64,000 bases of DNA from Acidimicrobiia bacterium (GTDB lineage: Bacteria > Actinomycetota > Acidimicrobiia > IMCC26256 > PALSA-610), in assembly GCA_017882905.1 (NCBI GenBank), contig JADGOO010000106.1, positions 3,498 through 67,497 on the forward strand, in the 5' to 3' direction. How positions within the stretch are numbered: the stretch's first letter is position 1; the number at the start of each line of letters is the position of its first letter. The translations under genes were made by a program, and so were the position numbers. Positions 47,735 to 55,788 of this stretch are shown piece after piece. The notes below the pieces were generated by a model. It was given only the letters and a program-made list of their open reading frames with translations. It had not been told where the DNA came from and did no database searches.

Positions 47735-48046
47735 ATGCCCGCCGAGACCCACAGCCATGGTCACGGCCTCGACCGCAGCGACGTGAGCGCGCTCGTCGTG
47801 GAACGCCTCGCCGAGCTCCTCGGCCGCGACCCCGACGACCTTCGGCCCGAGCTGCGCTTGCGGGACGACCTCGACGCCGACGATCTCGTCGTGCTCGATC
47901 TCGTGGAGGCCGTGGAACAAGAGCTCGGCGAGCGCATGGTGGGCCTGCACCTCGACGACGACGATCTCGTGGAGCTCGAGACGGTCGGCGAGCTGATCGA
48001 CTGCGTGTGCGATCACCTCGGCGTCGCCGGCGGGTCGGGCCGGTGA
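47735..48046 (+). CDS. Acyl carrier protein-like, lacking the phosphopantetheine serine
   Basis: Acidic ACP pattern between plsX and rnc; DDLDADDL in place of DLxADSL. Confidence 0.8.
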   Translation: MPAETHSHGHGLDRSDVSALVVERLAELLGRDPDDLRPELRLRDDLDADDLVVLDLVEAVEQELGERMVGLHLDDDDLVELETVGELIDCVCDHLGVAGGSGR

Positions 48047-48837
48047 GCGACATCGATCTCACCCAGCTCGCCGCCCGCGCCGAGCTCGAGCGCGTGCTCG
48101 GCGTGACGTTCCGAGACCCGTCGCTGCTGCTGCGATCCCTGGCCCACCGTTCCTGGTGCGCCGAGAACGGCGAGGTGGCGAGCAATGAGCGGCTCGAGTT
48201 CCTCGGCGACTCCGTGCTCGGCCTGGTGGTCACCAACCACGTGTTCGCGCATTTCCCCGGTCTTCCCGAAGGGCAGCTCTCCGAGGTGCGTGCCGGCGTC
48301 GTGAACGCCCGCACGCTCGCCGAGGTCGCATCCGAGCTGGCGCTCGGCGATCACCTGCTCCTCGGCAAGGGTGAAGACGCCGCCGGCGGCCGGACCAAGC
48401 AATCGATCCTGGCCGACGCGCTCGAGGCCGTCATCGCCGCCATCTACCTCGATGCCGGCTTCGCCGAGGCCGAGCGGTTCGTGATGCGGGTCCTGTTGAC
48501 CCGTATCGACGAGGCGGCCAGCGGACCGGGTGGGCGCGACTACAAGACCCGGCTCCAGGAGCTGGCCGCCTCCCGATCGCTCGGCCGGCCCCGGTACCAC
48601 GTGCGCGACGAGGGGCCCGACCACGCCAAGACATTCTTCGCCACCGTGCTGCTCGACGGCGCCCCATCGGGGGAGGGCGAGGGCCGTTCCAAGAAGGAAG
48701 CCGAGCAGGCCGCGGCGTGGATGGCCCACGAGCACCTCACGGGGGCGTCCGCTTCGGGGCTACCGTCGCCCTCGCCGTCGGGCGACCAGCACGCGCTCGA
48801 CACGGCGATCGGTTCTGAGGAGAGTGCGGGCACATGA
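48043..48837 (+). CDS. rnc: Ribonuclease III
   Basis: NERLEFLGDSVL, ADALEA, DYKTRLQE, SKKEAEQAAA. Confidence 0.97.
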   Translation: MSDIDLTQLAARAELERVLGVTFRDPSLLLRSLAHRSWCAENGEVASNERLEFLGDSVLGLVVTNHVFAHFPGLPEGQLSEVRAGVVNARTLAEVASELALGDHLLLGKGEDAAGGRTKQSILADALEAVIAAIYLDAGFAEAERFVMRVLLTRIDEAASGPGGRDYKTRLQELAASRSLGRPRYHVRDEGPDHAKTFFATVLLDGAPSGEGEGRSKKEAEQAAAWMAHEHLTGASASGLPSPSPSGDQHALDTAIGSEESAGT

Positions 48838-48852
48838 GCGAGGGTGGGCGTG

Positions 48853-49695
48853 ATGCCGGAGCTACCTGAGATCGAGGCGTTACGGCGTGAGCTCGAGAAG
48901 GATCTCTCGGGGCGAAAGATCAAGACGGTCGACCTCACGTCGCTGAAGTGCGTGCCGCGGTACCGCACGAAGAAGGCGTTCACCGACCCCATCGAGGGTC
49001 GCAAGATCCTCGGCCTGGAGCGGCGCGGGCCGTTCCTCGTGATGCGCCTCGAGGGCGGCGACGCCGTCGTCATGGATCTCGGGCCGCAGGCGTCGTTGCA
49101 GCGCGCCACGGGCCGCCAGGCGGTCACCAAGGCCACCCAGATCGTGGTCACGTTCACCCAGGGCGGCCAGCTGCGGCTGGTCGACCCGAAGGGCGCTTCC
49201 GAGGCGTGGGTGCTGCCCGCGGCCGAGCTGTCCGGCGCGCCTGAGCTGGCCGGCCTCGGGATCGACCCGCTCGAAGCGGCGATGTCGTGGGAGACGTTCG
49301 GGCGCCTGATCTGGCAGCGGCACGCCAAGCTGAAGCCGCTGTTGATGGATCGCCAGGTGATCGTGGGCATCGGGCCCGTGTACGCCGACGAGATCTTGTT
49401 CGCGGCCGGGCTGCGCCACGACCGCGACAGCGACAAGCTCACCGAACAGGAGATCCGGCGCCTGTACCGGGCGATCGTGGAGACGATGCAGGACGCGGTG
49501 AAGTACCGCATGTCGCCGGCGGGTGTGGCGGCGAACAAGGCGGCGACGTCGGGCGACCCGTTCGACGACGACAGCGCCGAGCACTTCAAAGTGTTCGAGC
49601 GTGACGGCGAAGCGTGCCGGCGGTGCCGTCACCACATCGTGAAGCTCCGGATCGGCGGCCGCGCGACCTACTTCTGCGAAGCCTGCCAAGTCTGA
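48853..49695 (+). CDS. mutM: Fpg/Nei family DNA glycosylase (divergent)
   Basis: MPELPE, H2TH GIG..YADEILF, C-terminal CRRC...R...CEAC; several catalytic residues substituted. Confidence 0.8.
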   Translation: MPELPEIEALRRELEKDLSGRKIKTVDLTSLKCVPRYRTKKAFTDPIEGRKILGLERRGPFLVMRLEGGDAVVMDLGPQASLQRATGRQAVTKATQIVVTFTQGGQLRLVDPKGASEAWVLPAAELSGAPELAGLGIDPLEAAMSWETFGRLIWQRHAKLKPLLMDRQVIVGIGPVYADEILFAAGLRHDRDSDKLTEQEIRRLYRAIVETMQDAVKYRMSPAGVAANKAATSGDPFDDDSAEHFKVFERDGEACRRCRHHIVKLRIGGRATYFCEACQV

Positions 49696-49712
49696 CGACC
49701 GACGCCCCCAAC

Positions 49713-49762
49713 CGCGGCTTGCTCGAGCGCACCGGTGGGAGCGACCCGTACGCTCACCAGAA
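49713..49762. repeat. Left arm of the inverted repeat flanking acyP (REP-like)
   Basis: CGCGGCTTGCTCGAGCGCAC + GAGCGACCCGTACGCTCACCAGAA. Confidence 0.85.
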
Positions 49763-49769
49763 GCTACGA

Positions 49770-50051
49770 ATGACGTCCTCTGAAGCGGTTCGCGCGCACG
49801 TCTGGGTGTCCGGACGGGTCCAGGGAGTCTGGTTCCGCGACGCCTGCCGGGACCGGGCCCGTGCCGAGCGCGTCACGGGCTGGGTGCGCAACCTCATCGA
49901 TGGACGGGTCGAGGCGGTGTTCGAGGGTCCTGTCGCGGCCGTCGACCGGATGGTCGCCTGGTGCCATGAGGGACCGCCGCGAGCCCACGTGATCGACGTC
50001 GAGGCGCGCCGCGAAGTCGCACTCGGCGAGGCGTCGTTCACGGTGCGTTGA
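49770..50051 (+). CDS. acyP: Acylphosphatase
   Basis: VSGRVQGVWFR, GWVRN..DGRVE, GPP.A.V. Confidence 0.95.
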   Translation: MTSSEAVRAHVWVSGRVQGVWFRDACRDRARAERVTGWVRNLIDGRVEAVFEGPVAAVDRMVAWCHEGPPRAHVIDVEARREVALGEASFTVR

Positions 50052-50066
50052 GGGCCCCTGCGCCCG

Positions 50067-50118
50067 TTCTGGTGAGCGCACGGGTCGCTCAGCGACGTGT
50101 GCGCTCGAGCAAGCCGCG
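50067..50118. repeat. Right arm of the inverted repeat flanking acyP (REP-like palindrome)
   Basis: Reverse complement matches the left arm 23/24 and 20/20; internal palindrome GAGCGCAC-GG-GTCGCT-C-AGCGAC-GT-GTGCGCTC. Confidence 0.85.
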
Positions 50119-50219
50119 AAACGGGGGTGACGCGGTCCGCGGGTGGGGGAGAGGGGGCGCCTACGATCTGTCCCGGGAGGAGGGGCGCGCGCCGACCGGC
50201 GTGCTCCGACGGTGCATCT

Positions 50220-53200
50220 GTGTTCCTGAAATCGCTCCAGATGAAGGGCTTCAAGTCCTTCGCCGAGAAGACCACCCTCGACCTCGAGCCCGGCGTGACC
50301 GTGATCATCGGTCCGAACGGATCGGGCAAGAGCAACGTCGTCGACGCTGTGGCCTGGGTGCTCGGTGCGCAAGGCGCACGAGCCCTGCGCGGCGGCAAGA
50401 TGGACGACGTCATCTTCGCCGGCACCGCCCAGCGCCCGGCCCTCGGCCGCGCCGAGGTGTCGCTCACCATCGACAACACGAGCGGCGTGCTGCCGATCGA
50501 TTTCTCCGAGGTCACGATCACGCGCCGCCTGTTCCGCACGGGCGACAGCGAGTACGAGATCAACGGCGTTCCGTGCCGGCTCCTCGACATCCAAGAGCTG
50601 CTCTCGGACAGCGGGATCGGCCGCCAACAGCACGTGATCGTGGGTCAGGGCCAGCTCGACACGGTGTTGAACGCCCGTCCCGAAGACCGACGGGCGATCA
50701 TCGAAGAGGCCGCGGGCGTCCTCAAGTACCGCAAGCGCAAGGAGAAGGCCGAGCGCCGCCTCGAAGCCACCGAGGGCAACCTGCTCCGCCTCACCGACTT
50801 GCTGCGCGAGGTGCGCCGTCAGCTCCGTCCACTCGAACGCCAGGCCGACGCGGCTCGGCGCTATGAGGGCCTGGTGGCCGACGTGCGCGCGGCGCGGTTG
50901 CACCTCACCGGCCGCGAGATCGACAAGCTCCGTACCCGCCAGGAGCGCCAGAGCGCACAGCGCGTCGAACTCGTGCGCGGCGAGAGCGAGCTGCGCGGCC
51001 AGCTGCGCGCGCTCGATTCCCGCGTCGCCGAAGCGGAGCGTCACCTCTCCGTGTCGAGCGACGACGACGCGGCCGACGCGTTGCTGCGCGTCGAGCAGCT
51101 GCGCGAGCGCGGCCGCGGACTGCAAGCACTTCTCGCCGAGCGCGTGCGCGGTCTCGACCGCGAGCTGCTCGCGGCCGCCGACGAAGGTGTTGTCGAGACG
51201 CTCGTGGCCGACGCCGACGCGATTCGCGTCGAGCTGCGCGCCGTCGAAGCCGACTTCGAGTCGTTGGCGCCGACGCGCATGGAGGTCGACGCGGCCGAGG
51301 CGCGCGTGCAAGAGCTCCGTGACGAGCTCGAGACGGCGGCTGACGCCGTGCCCGAGCTCGCACCCGAAGGCCGCGAGCGCCGCGCTGCGGAAGACGCGCT
51401 CGAACAGGCGACTGCGGCATGGCGCGATGCGGATGGCGAGTGCACGTCGCTCGCCCGCACCGAAGAGTCGTTGCGCCGCGACGAACCGCGGCTCGCCGCG
51501 CAGCTCGCGGAGGCGGCCGCCGCGCTCGCCGGAGTGGCCGGCGAGCGGGATGCGCTCGAAGCTGCGGCGCGCGAAGCCGAGTCGGCGCGGGCGCTGCTCG
51601 ACGCCGACAACGCTCGTCCGTCCGATGAGACGCCCGAAGGTTCGCAGCGCCGCGCGGCCGATGCCGCGCTCGACGGCGCTACGGCCGAGCTGCACGAAGC
51701 GCAATCCGCGGCCGCCCGTTGGCGAGCCCGCGCCGACACGCTGCAGCTCGCGCTCGACGAGGCACATGCCGCCGCGGGCGGCGATGCGATCCAGGCCGTC
51801 CAGGGCGTGCTCGGGCCGATGCTCGATCACTTGCAGATCGACGACGGTGCCGAGCTCGCGGTGGCTGCCGCGCTCGGCGACGCGCTCCACGCGGTGGTCG
51901 TCGACAGCGACACCGCCGCCCGCGCCGCGATCGACGAGCTCAAGCGCGGTCAGGCATCGGCGCTCCTCGTCGTGCTCGACGGCCGGGCCGGCCATGTGGC
52001 CCCGAGCCAGTCGATGTTCGTGCCTTCCGGCACGCGCGCACTCGGCGATTGCGTGCGCAGCGCACGCCCGGGCCTCGACGCCGTGCTGCGCCGTCTGCTC
52101 GCGAACGTCGTACTGGCAGCCGACTGGCGCCAGGCCGTCGACCTCGCGCTCAGCGACCCGGGAATCGTCGCGGTCACGATCGAAGGCGACCGCTTCGGCG
52201 GTGGTGGTGCGTGGCGCGCTGGGCCGAGTGGCCGTACGGCCGTCACGCCGGCTGCGCTCGAAGAAGCCCGCACCCGTGCGGCCGAAGCCGAGACCACGCG
52301 CGACACCGCCGAAGCGGGCGTGCGCGACGCGCGCGAGCGCGTGGCGCAGGCGCGGGCGGCCGAGCAGCGAGCCGCCGAGGCCCTGCGCGCCCGGCGCCAT
52401 CAGGTCGATCAAGCGCTCGACGAGGTGGGCCGCCGGCGCCGCGATTTCGAGCGGCGCACAGCCGGGCTCGACGAGCGTCACGCGCAGATCGCCGCGCGCC
52501 TCTCTGAGATCGCTACCCACCTCGCTGGTGTGCCGGCCGCGCTCGCCGACGCGACGGCGCGCCGCGAGAGCGCTGATGTGGATGTCGAAGCGGCCCGCCA
52601 ACGAGTCGCGGCCGCGCGTCGGGCCGAGCTGGTCGCCACCGAGACGTTGCGCGCCCGGCGCGGCGAGCTCGATCGCCTGCGCGCCGGAGCCGCGGCGCTG
52701 CGCCGCGACTTCGAGGTGCGCGGCGCCGGCATCGATGAGCGTCGCAACGTGCTCACGCGCCGACTCGACGAGATCGAGCGCCGGCTGGCGGCCCGACCCG
52801 ACGAGGAAGCTGCCGCCCAGGCGCGCCGGCTCGTGCTCACGGAGCGGCTCGCTTCGGTCGGCACGCTCGGCGTGCGCCTCGGGGAACAGCTCATCGCGGC
52901 CGACGCACTCGCGGAGCGGTTGCACGAGCGTCGCCGCCGTCAATCGGAAGCCGCTCGCGCCGCAGGGCTCACCCTCGACGCACTGCGCGTGGAGCGCGTC
53001 GACGCCGAACGCCACCTGACCGAGATGCGCGAGCGGGTGTCGCGGCTCGAGGTGGAAGACGCCGAGATCGCCCTGCGGCTGGAGACGGCTGTGGAGCAGG
53101 TGCGCCGGGAGTTCGACTGCGAGCCCGAGGCTGCGGTCGCCGCGCCGGCGCCCGAGCTGCCCGAGCAGGTGTCGCTCGCGCAGCACGTGCGCGACCTCGA

Positions 53201-53831
53201 TCGCGAGCTGCGGATGCTCGGTCCGATCAACCCGCTCGCGCTCTCCGAGTATGAGGCGCTGCTGGAGCGGCACGACTTCCTCACGAACCAGCTCGACGAC
53301 GTGAAGCACAGCCGGCGCGAGCTCAACCGCGTGATCCAGGCCGTGAACGCCGAGATCGTCGCCAGCTTCGACGCGGCGTTCGCCGACGTGTCGCGCTACT
53401 TCGAAGAGCTGTTCGCGCTGCTGTTCCCCGGCGGTTCGGGGCGGCTGTTCCTCTCCGATCCCGACGACCCGTTGCAGACCGGCGTCGAGGTGGAGGCACG
53501 CCCGTCGGGCAAGATGCCGAGGCGCCTTTCGCTGCTCTCGGGTGGCGAACGCTCACTTGCCGCGCTTGCGTTCTTGTTCGCGGTGTTCCGCGCTCGTCCC
53601 TCGCCCTTCTACCTGCTCGACGAGGTGGAAGCCGCGCTCGACGATGTGAACCTGCACCGCTTCCTCGACCTCGTGCACGAGTTCCGCAACGAGGCGCAGC
53701 TCCTCGTGGTGTCGCACCAGAAGCGCACAATGGAATCGGCCGACGTGCTCTACGGCGTGTCGATGCCGCCGGGCGGCTCGAGCCGCGTGGTCAGCCAGCG
53801 CATGCGTGATCTCGCGCTCGAAGACGCTTAG
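50220..53831 (+). CDS. smc: Chromosome segregation protein SMC
   Basis: GFKSFA, GPNGSGKSN, GQG Q-loop, hinge, LSGGE, LLDEVEAALD, SHQK. Confidence 0.97.
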   Translation: MFLKSLQMKGFKSFAEKTTLDLEPGVTVIIGPNGSGKSNVVDAVAWVLGAQGARALRGGKMDDVIFAGTAQRPALGRAEVSLTIDNTSGVLPIDFSEVTITRRLFRTGDSEYEINGVPCRLLDIQELLSDSGIGRQQHVIVGQGQLDTVLNARPEDRRAIIEEAAGVLKYRKRKEKAERRLEATEGNLLRLTDLLREVRRQLRPLERQADAARRYEGLVADVRAARLHLTGREIDKLRTRQERQSAQRVELVRGESELRGQLRALDSRVAEAERHLSVSSDDDAADALLRVEQLRERGRGLQALLAERVRGLDRELLAAADEGVVETLVADADAIRVELRAVEADFESLAPTRMEVDAAEARVQELRDELETAADAVPELAPEGRERRAAEDALEQATAAWRDADGECTSLARTEESLRRDEPRLAAQLAEAAAALAGVAGERDALEAAAREAESARALLDADNARPSDETPEGSQRRAADAALDGATAELHEAQSAAARWRARADTLQLALDEAHAAAGGDAIQAVQGVLGPMLDHLQIDDGAELAVAAALGDALHAVVVDSDTAARAAIDELKRGQASALLVVLDGRAGHVAPSQSMFVPSGTRALGDCVRSARPGLDAVLRRLLANVVLAADWRQAVDLALSDPGIVAVTIEGDRFGGGGAWRAGPSGRTAVTPAALEEARTRAAEAETTRDTAEAGVRDARERVAQARAAEQRAAEALRARRHQVDQALDEVGRRRRDFERRTAGLDERHAQIAARLSEIATHLAGVPAALADATARRESADVDVEAARQRVAAARRAELVATETLRARRGELDRLRAGAAALRRDFEVRGAGIDERRNVLTRRLDEIERRLAARPDEEAAAQARRLVLTERLASVGTLGVRLGEQLIAADALAERLHERRRRQSEAARAAGLTLDALRVERVDAERHLTEMRERVSRLEVEDAEIALRLETAVEQVRREFDCEPEAAVAAPAPELPEQVSLAQHVRDLDRELRMLGPINPLALSEYEALLERHDFLTNQLDDVKHSRRELNRVIQAVNAEIVASFDAAFADVSRYFEELFALLFPGGSGRLFLSDPDDPLQTGVEVEARPSGKMPRRLSLLSGGERSLAALAFLFAVFRARPSPFYLLDEVEAALDDVNLHRFLDLVHEFRNEAQLLVVSHQKRTMESADVLYGVSMPPGGSSRVVSQRMRDLALEDA

Positions 53832-53846
53832 GACGGTCGCGGCCGC

Positions 53847-54491
53847 GTGATCGCGTCGCTGGCTTCCGCCGCGCCCGCTTCCGACGCGCACCGCGCCGCG
53901 TGTGGTGCGCCGGGGCACCGGCGTTGGCTGTGCGAGCTCTTCTGGTCACACAGCGACAGCCATGCGCTGGCGCGCGTCGGTCACTACCTGTCGCCCTGGG
54001 TCACGTCGCTACTGATCGTGCTCGGCGCCGTGGTCGTGAACCGCGTCGCGCGCGTGGTGGTACGCCATGTGGTGAGCCGCCTGATCGCGTTGCGGCCCGG
54101 GTCCGATCCGCCGCGCCGGGCGCGGCGCGCCGACACGATCGGCGCGGCGATGCGCAGCCTGGCCACGATCGTGATCTCGTTGATCACGGTGTTCGCGGTG
54201 ATCGCCGCGTTCGGCATCAGCCTGACGCCCCTGGTCGCCGGCGCGGGCCTCACGGGCGTGATCCTCGGCTTCGGCGCGCAGAACCTGCTGCGCGACACGA
54301 TCGCCGGTGCGTTCATGATCTTCGAGGACCAGTTTGGCGTGGGCGACCGTATCGACACCGGCCTGGTGACGGGAGTGGTCGAGAACGTGACGTTGCGCCT
54401 CACGAGCGTGCGCGACGACGACGGCGTGCTCTGGCACGTGCCGAACGGCGCCGTCACGCGCATCGCCAACCTCAGCCAGCGCGTCACCTGA
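53847..54491 (+). CDS. MscS-family mechanosensitive channel
   Basis: GFGAQNLLRD..AG.F..FEDQF.VGD, VE..TLR.T, VPNG. Confidence 0.88.
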   Translation: MIASLASAAPASDAHRAACGAPGHRRWLCELFWSHSDSHALARVGHYLSPWVTSLLIVLGAVVVNRVARVVVRHVVSRLIALRPGSDPPRRARRADTIGAAMRSLATIVISLITVFAVIAAFGISLTPLVAGAGLTGVILGFGAQNLLRDTIAGAFMIFEDQFGVGDRIDTGLVTGVVENVTLRLTSVRDDDGVLWHVPNGAVTRIANLSQRVT

Positions 54492-54556
54492 ACCGCGGGC
54501 GGCCGCGTCGCCCGGCTACCGCTCCGAGCAGGGCCCGTCGGTAGCCTGCGCGCCGC

Positions 54557-55732
54557 ATGCTCCCCGTGATCATCATCGTTGCCGTCGTGGTTGTGCTCGC
54601 CTTGACCACGTTCACCGTGGGGCGGGTTCGGAGCCGGCGCGGCGGCCGCGACGTGGTCGCGCCGCCGGAAGCACCGATCTCGCGTCCGATCACGCCGTCT
54701 GCGCGTCCGACCGCGCCCGGCGTCGAACCGGGAGCGGCCGTCGAAGCCGGAGATCTCGCACCACTGGCCGAGGCGCCGGTCGAGTCGGCTCCCGAAGCGC
54801 CGCCGCTGGCACCGCCCGAGGTGCCGGTCAAGGCGCGGTTGCGCGATCGCCTCGGCCGAACCCGTGCCGCGTTCGCGGGCTACGTACGAGGCATCGCCGG
54901 CCGCAAGGTCGACCAGAGCACCTGGGACGACCTCGAAGAAGCGCTGTTGCTCGCCGACGTGGGTCTCGAGACCACGAGCCACCTCCTCGGCGCCGTGCAG
55001 GCGCGCGCCAAGGAGTTCAAGGTCACCGACGCCGACGAGGTCGTGGCGCTGCTGCGGACCGAGATCGAGGCACTGCTCGAGCAGTCGGGAGTCGACCGAA
55101 CGCTGCGCGAGGTTCCCGGCGAGGTCAACGTGTGGATGTTCGTGGGCGTGAACGGCGTGGGGAAGACCACCACGATCGGCAAGCTCGCCGCCCAGCAGAT
55201 CGCAGAAGGTCGCTCGGTCGTGCTCGCCGCGGGCGACACGTTCCGCGCGGCAGCAGCCGAGCAGCTCGGCCTCTGGGCCGACAAGACCGGTGCCACGATC
55301 GTGCGCGGGCAAGCCGACGGCGACCCGGGCGCGGTCGTGTTCGACGCCATGAGCGCGGCCACGAGCCGCCACGTCGATCTGCTGCTCGTCGACACCGCCG
55401 GACGCCTGCACACGAAGCAGAATCTGATGGCCGAGCTCGAGAAGCTCAAGCGCATCATCGACCGCACCGAGGGCGCGCTCAAAGAGGTGCTGCTCGTGAT
55501 CGACGCCACCACCGGCCAGAACGGTCTGCAGCAGGCCAAGCAGTTCGCCGAAGCGGTCGACGTGAGCGGCATCGTGCTCACGAAGCTCGACGGCACCGCC
55601 AAGGGCGGCATCGTGTTGGCGATCCAGGCCGAGCTGGGGCTGCCCGTGAAGCTCGTGGGTGTGGGCGAACAGCTCGGCGATCTGATCGAGTTCGACCCCC
55701 GCGAGTTCGCGTCGGCGCTCTTCGAGGAGTGA
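54557..55732 (+). CDS. ftsY: SRP receptor FtsY
   Basis: N-terminal TM, GVNGVGKTTT, DTFRAAA, DTAGRL, TKLDGTAKGG. Confidence 0.97.
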   Translation: MLPVIIIVAVVVVLALTTFTVGRVRSRRGGRDVVAPPEAPISRPITPSARPTAPGVEPGAAVEAGDLAPLAEAPVESAPEAPPLAPPEVPVKARLRDRLGRTRAAFAGYVRGIAGRKVDQSTWDDLEEALLLADVGLETTSHLLGAVQARAKEFKVTDADEVVALLRTEIEALLEQSGVDRTLREVPGEVNVWMFVGVNGVGKTTTIGKLAAQQIAEGRSVVLAAGDTFRAAAAEQLGLWADKTGATIVRGQADGDPGAVVFDAMSAATSRHVDLLLVDTAGRLHTKQNLMAELEKLKRIIDRTEGALKEVLLVIDATTGQNGLQQAKQFAEAVDVSGIVLTKLDGTAKGGIVLAIQAELGLPVKLVGVGEQLGDLIEFDPREFASALFEE

Positions 55733-55788
55733 CCCGCCGGTAGCCTGGCCCTCCGGCTGCCGCCGGTTCACAGTCCCAGGAGCGCTGC

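Noticed and set aside
49705-50132. acyP as cargo of a MITE or composite transposon
   Set aside because: acyP is at its ancestral position between fpg and smc, there is no transposase, and the possible GACG duplication is offset by one base.
49764-53309. 1181-aa antisense ORF over smc, and similar long shadow ORFs (11760-14660, 32732-34993, 29895-32048, 58088-60094)
   Set aside because: They mirror well-supported genes, have no motifs and are expected from stop-codon scarcity at high GC.
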